Source of the DNA: a virus
IMG/VR virus record: IMGVR_UViG_3300043803_002519
Strand: one strand, 5' to 3'
Length of the DNA: 64,000 nucleotides
Each line of letters starts with the position of its first letter. Position 1 is the stretch's first letter. The notes under the pieces are model-generated. The model had not been told where the DNA came from, made no database searches, and worked only from the letters and a program-made list of their open reading frames with translations. Positions 19,079 to 29,200 of this stretch are shown piece by piece. The position numbers were made by a program, and so were the translations under genes.

Positions 19079-19741
19079 ATGGGCCAGCGCTACCGGTTCA
19101 CCTTCACCGAGACCGGCGACGTCCTCGACCCGGCTGCGTGGGTGGAGGACAACAACGAGCTCGCCTCGGAGCTCAACGGCTACCTCGACCGCGACAACTT
19201 CGCACGGAACGACATCCTTCAGGCAGAGATCACCGCGAACGCCTTCACCAAGGTAGAACCGTTCTACTCCACGTCCATCTACACCCCAGACAACACCGTC
19301 ATCTCCTGGCAGGGCGGCACGGGGAATGACGCGGACGGCATCTTTCAAGAAGCGGTGACCTGCGAGGTCGACTGCCTCTTGGTGTGCGAGTTGAGCTTGG
19401 GGTGGGTGTGGGACAAGGATGTCACGCGGTACTCCCTCGCGGGCCTCGGTCCCACGACGTCGGGGGACATCTTCGTGAGCGACTCCACCGTGGATACCAT
19501 CCAGTTCCGCATTGCGGTGGATGGGGTTGAGGTGGCGCGGAGCGGGCTTTTTGAGGACATGCACCACCGCTACGGCACGTACATCCTCGGGGCCAAGGTG
19601 GTCACCTCCGGGGTCCACACGGTGTCCGCGGAGTGCGTCCTCATGCGTCGCCGGTGGGAGGGGCTTCGGCAAGACGGGGCCAACACCTACACGGTCGACA
19701 TCTCCAATCGGGTACTGCTGGTGACCCAGGAGAAGAGGTAG
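19079..19741 (+). CDS. Structural protein (220 aa)
   Basis: ORF track; starts 2 nt after the upstream stop. Confidence 0.6.
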   Translation: MGQRYRFTFTETGDVLDPAAWVEDNNELASELNGYLDRDNFARNDILQAEITANAFTKVEPFYSTSIYTPDNTVISWQGGTGNDADGIFQEAVTCEVDCLLVCELSLGWVWDKDVTRYSLAGLGPTTSGDIFVSDSTVDTIQFRIAVDGVEVARSGLFEDMHHRYGTYILGAKVVTSGVHTVSAECVLMRRRWEGLRQDGANTYTVDISNRVLLVTQEKR

Positions 19742-19742
19742 C

Positions 19743-20375
19743 ATGTCCCGTGTAGTCGTCACCGACCTTGTGCCGGGCACCGAGGCCACCAGCGCCGACG
19801 TCAACGCCACGATCACGTCGTGGAACGCTGCTGCTGGCGCAGGGGACATCGGCCCCAACAATGTGCGTCAGGAGGGCATTGACCGGCGCACCTTGGCTCT
19901 CGGGGGGCAGGCGATTCAAGCCCCTCCAGCGGACTTCGCCGCCTGCTTCGAGAGCGGGTCCACTGCCACGGTCAACGCAATCACAGCGACGTGGGGGATT
20001 GTCGACGTAGGGGCCACGCTCTACATCGGCCCGATGACCGACCTCTCGTCGTCGTCTTCCGAGACGGTGGTCGTTCGGGCGAGCGTGTGGTTCGCTGGAC
20101 CAGCGCTGGATGGGGCCACCGACCCCGCGCTGTACGAGTTCATCATCCAGAGCAGCGTGGATGCCGCGACGTGGGTCGACTACGACGAGTCGTACCAGCC
20201 GTTCCAAGTTACGGCGTTCGCCACTGACGTTCAGCCGAGGTGCGTCGGGGTGTACACGTCCCTTGTGGCCACCACCCCGGCCGGGAGTCGGGTGTATTGG
20301 CGGGTGGCGTACAAGGCGAGCGCGGCCGTGGAGTGCGACGGCGGCACCATCTACATCGAGGAGTACGCGCGGTAA
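19743..20375 (+). CDS. Structural protein (210 aa)
   Basis: ORF track; tightly packed with its neighbours. Confidence 0.6.
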   Translation: MSRVVVTDLVPGTEATSADVNATITSWNAAAGAGDIGPNNVRQEGIDRRTLALGGQAIQAPPADFAACFESGSTATVNAITATWGIVDVGATLYIGPMTDLSSSSSETVVVRASVWFAGPALDGATDPALYEFIIQSSVDAATWVDYDESYQPFQVTAFATDVQPRCVGVYTSLVATTPAGSRVYWRVAYKASAAVECDGGTIYIEEYAR

Positions 20376-21127
20376 TGCCGATCTCCATCAGCACGTTCTC
20401 CTCGGGGGCCGTCATCAGCGCCACGGAGCTTCGCTCCCGCGCAGCGGCCATTGAGGACTACGTCAACAAGCAGATTGAAGCCGGGGATCGCACCACGAAC
20501 TGGATGACATCCGGGCACGTCTACGGCCCCGATTTCCAGTACGGCAGCGGCTACGACGCGCACCTGCCCTTCACCGGCGGCCACGCCTACTGGTCCCAGC
20601 GCCCCAACGACGACGGCCGCCGCGCCATCTTCTCCTGGTTCGCTGGGGAAGGACCCGCGATGGTGCCGGGCCTCACGCGCACGATTCAGCTTCCGGAGGC
20701 TATGCCTTCTGGGAAGTACCGGGCGTTGGTCCTGGCCTCGTTCTGGGGCTACGAGTACGGCGGGCTGGGAGAGAACAACACGGCCACCGTGACGGTTACG
20801 CCCTTCCAAGACGAGGAGAGCGCCCCCGCGTGCTCCTTCCGACTCTACGAAGACGGGGCCGAGGTGCCCGCTACCTCGCGGAAGGTGTACCCCTCCAGCT
20901 GCGCGACAGACAACGGGTGGGTGGGGGGATCGAGCGGCACCTGGGGCGCCGCCTCGGGGCTCATCTACTGCCGGAAGCAGATCAGCATGGTCCACGCGGT
21001 GCATTGGGGCACCGCCGGTGTCCACACGGTCGGGGTCGGGGTCACCTGTCCCGCCGCCGGGGCAGGGCAGTGGAAGCACATTTTCGTGCGCGAGGGGTCG
21101 TTCTACGTGCGGTATCGCATCCGGTGA
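20375..21127 (+). CDS. Structural protein (250 aa)
   Basis: TAATG-coupled ATG at 20375 inside ORF 20240..21127. Confidence 0.6.
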   Translation: MPISISTFSSGAVISATELRSRAAAIEDYVNKQIEAGDRTTNWMTSGHVYGPDFQYGSGYDAHLPFTGGHAYWSQRPNDDGRRAIFSWFAGEGPAMVPGLTRTIQLPEAMPSGKYRALVLASFWGYEYGGLGENNTATVTVTPFQDEESAPACSFRLYEDGAEVPATSRKVYPSSCATDNGWVGGSSGTWGAASGLIYCRKQISMVHAVHWGTAGVHTVGVGVTCPAAGAGQWKHIFVREGSFYVRYRIR

Positions 21128-21154
21128 ATATTCTGAGAGCAGGAAGGTGACTCC

Positions 21155-21415
21155 ATGACTCTGCTTCTGCTCGTCTCCGGTTGCGCTGAGGTTTCCGAGA
21201 GCGTCGAAGTCGCCCCGCGGTGGTACGTCTACGAGGCCGAGTGTGCGGATGCCGCGGCGGTCTGGGAGGCACCCCCGGGGCTGGTCGCTCTCACGATTCG
21301 ACGGCCGGACTCCGGCGGCGCCGACTTCTACATCGGCGGCAGCGTCTCGGCAGACGGGCTGCTCTCGGTGACCTGCACCGACGACGTGAGCATCCTGTAC
21401 GCCGTCGTGGAGTAG
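21155..21415 (+). CDS. Small lipoprotein (86 aa)
   Basis: MTLLLLVSGC has a signal peptide plus lipobox (LVSGC). AGGAAGG Shine-Dalgarno sequence upstream. Confidence 0.6.
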   Translation: MTLLLLVSGCAEVSESVEVAPRWYVYEAECADAAAVWEAPPGLVALTIRRPDSGGADFYIGGSVSADGLLSVTCTDDVSILYAVVE

Positions 21416-21480
21416 GACATTGCGGAGTAGGCCCCCGCGCCGCCAGAAAACGGGGTAGAATCCCCCCGGGGAACTGCGCC

Positions 21481-21921
21481 ATGGCTGAAGCCCAGAAGTA
21501 CGACAAGACCCGCAACGCCAACGCGGCCGGCACCGGGGCCTTGACGGGCGCCTCTGGTGGGGTGGCTACGGGGGCCACCATTGGCGGTGCGCTGGGAACG
21601 GCGCTGGCCCCAGGCGTCGGGACGCTGATCGGCGCGGGCATTGGCGCCGCCATCGGCGCGGGCACGGGTGCCGGGGCCAGCGCTTGGATGGATGACGCGG
21701 CCCAGAAGCAGGAGATCAAGACCTCCGAGGAGAACGTCGCCATGGCGCAGAAGGCCGAGAAGGAGGCCGCCATCGACTCCGCCGCCCTGGCGCGGTCGAT
21801 GCAGAAGCCCGCCTCGGGGCGCGCCGGCGGCGCCGGTCTGCCCAGCGGCTCGGCGTACCTCCCCGCCTCGGGGGTCACCAGCTACGACTCCTGGAAGTCC
21901 CGCATCTCCGGCGGGTACTGA
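21481..21921 (+). CDS. Glycine-zipper membrane protein (146 aa)
   Basis: ATG at 21481 inside ORF 21220..21921. Contains GGALGTALAPGVGTLIGAGIGAAIGAGTGAGA. Confidence 0.6.
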   Translation: MAEAQKYDKTRNANAAGTGALTGASGGVATGATIGGALGTALAPGVGTLIGAGIGAAIGAGTGAGASAWMDDAAQKQEIKTSEENVAMAQKAEKEAAIDSAALARSMQKPASGRAGGAGLPSGSAYLPASGVTSYDSWKSRISGGY

Positions 21922-21922
21922 G

Positions 21923-22768
21923 GTGGCCGCGTCGACTCGCCAGTTCATGTACACGGGGGCCGACGGCAAGCCCGTGTACGTGGACGCTGTGATGGCCCCC
22001 GACTACCACGACGAGTACACCACGCCCGGCGACATCAAGCGGGCGCAGGACGCGGCGTTCGCCGAGTACGGCATGAACGCGGCCGCCGGCGGGCTGGGGC
22101 TCCTTGGGCAGACGGCGCTCTCCTACGTGGATACCGCTCAGGACACCAAGAACAAGTCCGAGCTCAAGAAGCTCGAGGGCCTCGAGAAGCGCGGGAAGCT
22201 GGGCCTCACGGGCGAGGAGCGCACCACCTACGAACGGGGACTCCTGAACCCGGTCAAGGCCGCCGCGGCCGAGCAGGGGCGCCGGGACGAGGCGCGCCTG
22301 GCCTCCGGCAGCGCGGGCCGCAGCGCGGCTGACGTGGTCCGTGCTCAGCGCGAGACCGACCGACGTCTCGACGACGCGGGCCTCTCCGCGGCGCAGAAGA
22401 TCGAACAGGCTCACCTCGGGCGCAAGGCCGAGCAGCGCACCGAGATGGAAGAGCGCCGCAGCTACGAGAGCGGCCGCGAGACCCAGCGCCTGAACCTCGT
22501 GGGGCAGACCATCCCCGGCGTGCTCGCCAACGTGGGGAAGGTCATGGCAGGGGTCGCCGCGCCGGCGGCCATGACCGACGCTCAGGTGCTCCGCATGCAG
22601 GCGGCGACCGACGCCAAGGGCCAGCCCCTCTGGCCGGGCCTGCAGGGCAAGACCCTCGACGAACTCCGGACGCTCCTCAAGGGCGCCGCGTGGCAGAAGA
22701 ATGCCCTCGGCGCCGCGCAGGCCGCTGACGCAGGCGTCGCAGACACCTCCACCGGCCGGACGGACTGA
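21923..22768 (+). CDS. Putative internal virion protein (281 aa)
   Basis: GTG at 21923 (alternative ATG at 21947) inside ORF 21641..22768. Helical and charged. Confidence 0.55.
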   Translation: MAASTRQFMYTGADGKPVYVDAVMAPDYHDEYTTPGDIKRAQDAAFAEYGMNAAAGGLGLLGQTALSYVDTAQDTKNKSELKKLEGLEKRGKLGLTGEERTTYERGLLNPVKAAAAEQGRRDEARLASGSAGRSAADVVRAQRETDRRLDDAGLSAAQKIEQAHLGRKAEQRTEMEERRSYESGRETQRLNLVGQTIPGVLANVGKVMAGVAAPAAMTDAQVLRMQAATDAKGQPLWPGLQGKTLDELRTLLKGAAWQKNALGAAQAADAGVADTSTGRTD

Positions 22769-22770
22769 CC

Positions 22771-25302
22771 ATGGCGCGCATCCAGGACTACTACCAGAAC
22801 CGCCGCGACCTCGGCCCGTCGGCGATGGTGGCGTACCTCGACGCCTGGCTCGACGAGCGCGCGGGGATGAACAAGTCGCTGATGGCCTCCGAGGGGAAGC
22901 AGGCCGACCCCAGCCGCCTGGCTGAGCAGGAGGCCCGCATCCGCGCGGCCATGGCGGACCTCCTCAAAGCGAAGGTGAGCGGCTCCGTCGAGCAGATGAA
23001 GGCCGCCGACGACCTGGCCAAGCAGGCGCTGTCGTCCTACGAGCAGGTCACCGTCGCCAACGTCAAGGCGGGCTCCGACCGGGCCGTCGCGCTGATCCAG
23101 TCCCGCACGGACCTCTCGAAGCAGGACGTCGACTCCCGGGCGGCCATCGCCAAGGAGTTGACGCTGACCAACCCGGACGGCATCAAGATCATCGCGTCGG
23201 CCTACGACACCGCCACCACGGAGATGGGCGGTGACCCAGATCGTGTCGCGGACGCGCTCGTTCGGATGGTCACCGACGTCACCAAGACCCACGAGGGCGG
23301 GCACAAGGCCAAACGAGATGCGGCAGCTGCTGAGGTCCTGCGCCAGGCGACCGAGGCCGGGAATGCCCACGTAGTGGCGCGAATCGAGAAGGCGTTCTTC
23401 AGCGGCTCCGCGGCCGACGACTACTTTGAGAGGGTCTACCCCGGATTCACTCCCGAGGAGCAGGCCAAGGTGTACGAGGAGGTCAAGAAGCTCGGTGCGG
23501 GCGCGGACCCGGAGAAGGTCGTAGCCCTCTACGAGAAGCTCACCGCAGCGGGCAAGGGCGGGGGCGGCACGAAGACCAGCACCTCGTACTCGGACATCGT
23601 TCCAGACCTCGACGCCAAGCTCAAGTCCCTCGAGGACGCCGCCGACGACCTCGCCAAGGCGCGGCGCGAGGCGATGACCTCGCCCAAGCGCTTCCCGCGC
23701 CCCAACTACATGATCGCCAACCCCAACACCTTCACCGACCCGCGGCAGGTGGCGGAACTCCGGAAGTGGGGGGTCTTGGACCCGACCTACGTCGAGGAGA
23801 TGGTCACGGCTCGCCAGCGGGAGGGCACCTGGGCGGGCGCCCTCAAGTCCGTTGGGGAGCGCGGCGGTGCCTCGCAGAGCATCGAGAAGGTCGCCCCGCT
23901 GGTCTTGACCGAGGAGCCCGGCGCACAGGTCACCTACACCGACGCCGAGGCGGCGTGGCTGGGCACGCTCAAGCGGGCCGGTTCCGGCGAGCCCTTTCCG
24001 GGGAAGGGGGGCTACACCTACACCCTGAACGCCGACGGCTCCATCACGTCTCTGGCCCCGGAGAAGGGCAAGAAGCCCGTGAAGGTGGAGAAGGGTTCCG
24101 CGCCCCACACTGCCATCTTGGAGGAGGTGTTCCCCGCACCTGGCCTCCCCGACGAGGTCTCGGACCTCTACGCCCCGTCCATCGAACTCGCCAAGGCGGG
24201 ACAGTGGGCGAAGGCGGCCGAAGCAGCCGAGAAAGTGAGCCACGACGACGTGCGCTCGGCCTACGCCCAGGCACTAGTCGACGTGGCCTCTGGCCGGTCG
24301 GCGTTCTCCGGCGTGCCTTCCGAGGGCCAGATGGAGGCCATGGCCGCCAGCATCGGCGAGGGCGGCGGGAAGTGGGGAGAGCACTTCCGCGACCTCCTGC
24401 GCCTGCCCGTGTCCGACCAGTACGCCAAGAGCAGGGTCATGGGCGCCGTCGACAGCCTCGGCAAGGCCCTGCACAAGACCCCGGATGTCGAGCGTGATCT
24501 CGACGAGTCCGACATCGACGAGCGGGCGTATGGCCTCGCCGAACTCCGTGCGGGGCGGGAGTTGAACACCGGCGCCTACGCCCGCGGCGTGGAAGATGCG
24601 ACCGGTCCGGTCAAGGCCCTCGTAGAGTCCTCGTCGCCCGAGGTCGTGCGGGAGCAGCTGCGAGGCCTCCCGGCAGAGCGCAAGGGAGTCGTTCCCGACT
24701 ACGAAGCGGGCGTCCCGCGCGTGGTGGGGGACGCCCTAACCAATGCGAGCCCGCGGACGTTCTCTCCGGTCGTCTACTTCGACGAGCCGGAGCGGGAGTC
24801 CCCGCTGGCTGCGCCGGACGCGCGTCTCGCGGCGGCCGACGGGGCCCTCGGAGAGTCGGGCCCGGGGCTCGACCTTCACGCCGACGTGTCCGAGGCCCAG
24901 CGGGTGCTGGCGACCCTGGACCAGTGGGAGAAGGACAACCCGCTCTCGGCGGACGCCCCCGCTTCGAAGCAGGACCGGGAGGCTGTGGCGTTCACTCGGA
25001 AGGAGTGGGAGAAGAAGCTGGACAGCGCCCGCGCAAAGGCGCGTGCCTCGCGCGATTACGTCGCTCCGGAGGAGCGCGGCGCGGCACTGCTCCGCGACCG
25101 TGTGCAGAAGGAAGCCGAAACGGTGGCGCCCCCGACCGTCCGACCCCCGATCCGGCAGGCTCCGCCTGTGTCGGCGGCGAAGCCCCCTCCGGCCGCGCTC
25201 GACTACGCGGAGCTCTTCAGCGCGTCGGCCACTCCGACGGACGAGTTGGACTACGACCTCGACGAACTGATGGGCCGTGCGCCCGCTGGAGCGAAGCGAT
25301 GA
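22771..25302 (+). CDS. Large helical internal-virion or ejection protein candidate (843 aa)
   Basis: Clean ORF directly upstream of the giant gene. No catalytic motif seen. Confidence 0.6.
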   Translation: MARIQDYYQNRRDLGPSAMVAYLDAWLDERAGMNKSLMASEGKQADPSRLAEQEARIRAAMADLLKAKVSGSVEQMKAADDLAKQALSSYEQVTVANVKAGSDRAVALIQSRTDLSKQDVDSRAAIAKELTLTNPDGIKIIASAYDTATTEMGGDPDRVADALVRMVTDVTKTHEGGHKAKRDAAAAEVLRQATEAGNAHVVARIEKAFFSGSAADDYFERVYPGFTPEEQAKVYEEVKKLGAGADPEKVVALYEKLTAAGKGGGGTKTSTSYSDIVPDLDAKLKSLEDAADDLAKARREAMTSPKRFPRPNYMIANPNTFTDPRQVAELRKWGVLDPTYVEEMVTARQREGTWAGALKSVGERGGASQSIEKVAPLVLTEEPGAQVTYTDAEAAWLGTLKRAGSGEPFPGKGGYTYTLNADGSITSLAPEKGKKPVKVEKGSAPHTAILEEVFPAPGLPDEVSDLYAPSIELAKAGQWAKAAEAAEKVSHDDVRSAYAQALVDVASGRSAFSGVPSEGQMEAMAASIGEGGGKWGEHFRDLLRLPVSDQYAKSRVMGAVDSLGKALHKTPDVERDLDESDIDERAYGLAELRAGRELNTGAYARGVEDATGPVKALVESSSPEVVREQLRGLPAERKGVVPDYEAGVPRVVGDALTNASPRTFSPVVYFDEPERESPLAAPDARLAAADGALGESGPGLDLHADVSEAQRVLATLDQWEKDNPLSADAPASKQDREAVAFTRKEWEKKLDSARAKARASRDYVAPEERGAALLRDRVQKEAETVAPPTVRPPIRQAPPVSAAKPPPAALDYAELFSASATPTDELDYDLDELMGRAPAGAKR

Positions 25303-26273
25303 CCCGCGAAGAAGCCAAGGCCGCGCTCATGGAGCGCGAGAAGCTGACTGCCGACGAGGCGGAGGCGCGCATCTCCGCATTCGAGATGAAGAAGCGTGGT
25401 GGGGGGGCGGCCCCGGTCGCGAAGCCCGCCGCGCGGCCGACCCCCGCCCCAGCGCCAGCCCCGGCCGCGCGGCCGACCCCCGCCCCAGCGCCGGCCGTAG
25501 CTCGACCGATGGCCCCCACGCCGGCGCCAGCCGTCGCGCGACCGATGGCCCCCACGCCGGCCATGACCGACAAGGCCCCCGCAGGGGGGTACACCGAGTC
25601 CGCCGGCGGGTACACGGAGGGCACGCCTGCCCCAGCTGCGAAGTACTACATGGACGACCCGGCCCCCGTGACGACTCGGGAGGGGAGGGCCGTGCGCCGG
25701 TGGCTGGACCACGGCGGGCAGGCTTCAATCGACGCGGCGAAGGCTGTGGGGCGAGGGGCGCAGTCGGCAGCGCGGGGCTTCCACCGCGCGGAGATGGACG
25801 CAGGCAAGGCCGCGCTCGGGGCGGGAAAGGAGATTCTGAAGGCCCCGCTGACCGTCTTGCGCGCAGGCGCCGGAATGGGGCATCAGATGCGGGAGCAGCG
25901 CGACCTGGCGCAGCAGAGCCGCAGACCGGCATTCGACCCGAAGGGCGTGGAGGAGGCGAAGAGCGTCCTTCGCGACGCCCTCGGCATGGCCCCCGCGGTG
26001 GACCTGCAGGGCTCACAGGGGCCGGACTACTACGACGAGTCCATCGCCGCCCCGCCCGCGGCGCCCGGACCCCGCCACGGGCCGGAGCGGCCTGCCTCCA
26101 GCGCCCCGCCCGCGGCGGGCCTCTCGGCGGAGGCGTTCGACACGCTCACCGAGGCGGATGCGTACCTCAAGCAGAAGGCCCCCCAGCGGGACATCAACGA
26201 GTGGGGCACCCCGGAAGAGCGCGTGACCGTGTACGAGTATCTCCGGACGAAGGACGCCGCGCGGAAGAGGTGA
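25299..26273 (+). CDS. Pro/Ala-repeat protein (324 aa)
   Basis: ATGA-coupled ATG at 25299 inside ORF 24924..26273. Duplicated ARPTPAPAPA and VARPMAPTPA units at about 25431-25560. Confidence 0.55.
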   Translation: MTREEAKAALMEREKLTADEAEARISAFEMKKRGGGAAPVAKPAARPTPAPAPAPAARPTPAPAPAVARPMAPTPAPAVARPMAPTPAMTDKAPAGGYTESAGGYTEGTPAPAAKYYMDDPAPVTTREGRAVRRWLDHGGQASIDAAKAVGRGAQSAARGFHRAEMDAGKAALGAGKEILKAPLTVLRAGAGMGHQMREQRDLAQQSRRPAFDPKGVEEAKSVLRDALGMAPAVDLQGSQGPDYYDESIAAPPAAPGPRHGPERPASSAPPAAGLSAEAFDTLTEADAYLKQKAPQRDINEWGTPEERVTVYEYLRTKDAARKR

Positions 26274-26285
26274 TAGACTGGGGGG

Positions 26286-29200
26286 ATGCCGAGCCCGCGA
26301 TCTCCCCAAGAAATCCTTGATGCGCTGGGGATGACCGAGGACGAGGTTCTCGGGCCCCTCCCGCCCAAGGACGCCGTCGAGCTCGCACCCGAGGACTACC
26401 GCGACCCGGAGGTCCTGCCCGTGGGCGAGGAGCCCCCGGAGGGTGGCGCGCGGACCCCGCGGGGTCGCATCGCCAAGGGCTACGCGAGTGCCGTCTACGA
26501 GGATGGGAACACTGCCCTCCGCTCGCTTCGCGGGGACGTGGCGGACCACCTCATCACCCAGGGGCTTGCCCCTGAAGACGCCAGGCTCACGGCCTACGAG
26601 GACACCCGGCACCTCGAGGCCACCGGCCACGTCGAGGACAGCGAGGACGCGGCCGACGCCATCCGCGCGCGTGAGGGGGAGCCGACCGTCGGCAAGGCCC
26701 TCACCATGGCGGTCAACCGCGTCACCCCCATCGGGCTGGACCAGGGCCCGGAGGAGTGGGGTCGCCGCGTCCGCGAGAACGAGAAGGCCACCTGGGGCGA
26801 GCGGTCCGACGCGCTCGGCAAGGCCTTGCAGGGCGAGGAGATCACCGAGGCGGACGCCAAGGCGGCGGGCATTGACCTCCCGCTCGTGCAAGAGCTCAAG
26901 AAGGCCTACGTCTCCCACTTCGGGGAGATGGTCTACACTGCCGGCTCGGCGGGCATCCTCCCGACCATCGGCTCCATCACGGGGCTGATTCCGGGCTGGA
27001 GCGACGTCGTCGAGCAGTCGGGCAAGAACCTCGAGGTGGCGAAGGAGGGGAAGAAGTATGTTACCTCCGAGGAGCTCGTCAAGATCGCCGCCTACGGCGG
27101 GGTCAACTCCCCCATCGGCGACGCCATCCCCTACATCGTGGATGCCGCGGTCGACTTCCATGACGTGGTCACCGGCGAGGACAAGCAGGGCAGGCTCCGC
27201 AGCGCGACCGGCGGGACCGTGGGGGACGTGTTCTGGGACTTCGTCTCCAAGGGCCGGCACAACGAGAAGTTCGACCCCGCGGCCAAGGCCCTGTACGAAG
27301 AGGGGGATGTCGCTGGCTTGGGGCAGCTGGGCATGGTCGACATCCCTGAGCACGTTCCGGCGGTCAAGGTTGACCTGCCGACGTTGAAGAGCGCCGTGGA
27401 GGCGGGGGGTCTGCTGGCCGAGGCGCCCGAAGCAGATCGGTTCCGGGTGGGGATGTCCAGTGGTCTGTCCGACGAGGTGCTCCAGACCCTCGCTGACGCC
27501 ATTCCTCTGGACGTGGTGCGCCGCGCGCAGCCGGACGCGGGCCCGACGTTGAAGTCCGTGCTCGCGGCCTACACGGCTCGCAAGAAGATTCAGGAGATCG
27601 TAGGCACCCCCGAGGCAGACGACGCCCTCAAGGTGGCCGCGGCCGCGCTCCACGACCGCGAGGTGCGGGAGGACGGCTCGGTGTACTTCGTGCCGTCCAC
27701 CACGCAGAAGGTCCTGACCGCAATCAATGCGGCCGTGCCTCTCGTCATCGAGGCAGATGTTCCCGTTCTCGGGCCCGTCGCCGGCGTCTACGGGGGCGTG
27801 CTCAAGGCCATGGGCTTCGAGAAACTCGGGGGCATGGCGGAGTCGGCGAGGTTCCCGACGGCAGCTGGCAACGAGTCCATGGTCGCTTCCGGCGACTTCG
27901 ATTGGGTCCTTGAGGGCATGGGCCTTCAGGGCAGCACCTCTTCCGAGCGTCGGCGCGACATCGGGGAGTCTCGGTACATCGACCGCGTGTTGGCCGACAT
28001 GCAACTGCCCCAGTACCAGAACTGGGGCCTGAAGGAGCTCGGCCGCGACCTTGGGGTGAAGCCGGGCTCCACGGCGGACGTGGCCCTCGGGACCGCGGAC
28101 CTTGGGGCGGACACCGTCGTGCCCTTCGAGGAGATGTTCCTCGGGCCCGCCGGCTCGGCGGTCACCATGGCCTCGCGCGCGGCGACGGCGGCGAAGCTCA
28201 GCAAGATGCTCGGGCGGAGCAACTCCCAGGCGGCACGCGTTGCGGTGCGAGCGGCGCTTCCCCAGTTCCTGGGCGGGTCGACGGATGCCGTCGCGGCCAT
28301 GGACGCGGCCCTGCGGACGGCCGTCGCCGACTCGGTGGCGGCGGGCGAGGTGCTCTTCACGGTTGGCCGCGGCGAGGACGCCGTGAAGGGGACGCTCTCC
28401 AAGGAGGTCCAGCGTGCCGTCGGCAACCTCCTCGAGGACGTGGGCATCCGCAAGGAGGACGTGTTTCGCACGGTCAACGACCTCTCCTTCGCGCAGAAGG
28501 CCAAGAACACCGTCATCGTGAAGGACTGGATGGCCCGGGGCACTCCCGAGCAGAAGGCCCTCCGCGAGACGGCGGAGTGGAAGGCGGTGCGACAGGGGCT
28601 GGAGGAGTCGGCCCCGCCAGAGGTCGTGGACGCTGGCATGGCGCTCAACGAGTGGATGGCGCACCAGGCAGTGGTGCTGGGCGAGTTCCGCTCCCCCAAG
28701 GACTGGTTCGCCGCGCAGCGCGTGGGCAAGGCCATCGACGGTGCCGCGCCTCCTCCGCCGCGCCCGACCACGGTCGCTGACGCCCTGCGCGCGGCCGCTA
28801 CGGATGCGGACGGCGAAGTGTCGGCAATGGCTGCGCGCCTCTTGGCGATGAACCATCCGGCGGTGACGTCCGCCGCGCTCGACGTGGGCGTGGACCTCGG
28901 GCCCGGCGTGCACGGCCGCTACGACATCGCGGACAACCACATCGTCCTGTCGCCGAGCGCGACCGCGAGCACCCTCGTCCACGAGGTGGCGCACGCGGTC
29001 ACGGCCCACGCCCTTCGCAACGTCGACACCCTGTCGCCCGCCGGTCGCAAGGCGGTGGCGGACCTGCAGGCCCTGTACGCCAAGGCCTCGGAGTCCCCCG
29101 ACCTGCAGGCCGTCGGCCTGGGTCTGGACAACCTCGACGAGTTCATCGCTGAGGCCTACTCCAACCCGGCCTTCCGCGCGGCCTTGCGGAAGGTGAAGGT

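Noticed and set aside
22771-25302. 843-aa protein as a tape measure protein, which would imply a long-tailed phage
   Set aside because: There are no accompanying tail tube, sheath or chaperone-frameshift genes and no recognisable tape-measure features. Its position next to the giant ejected-type protein fits an internal virion protein better. The question remains open.
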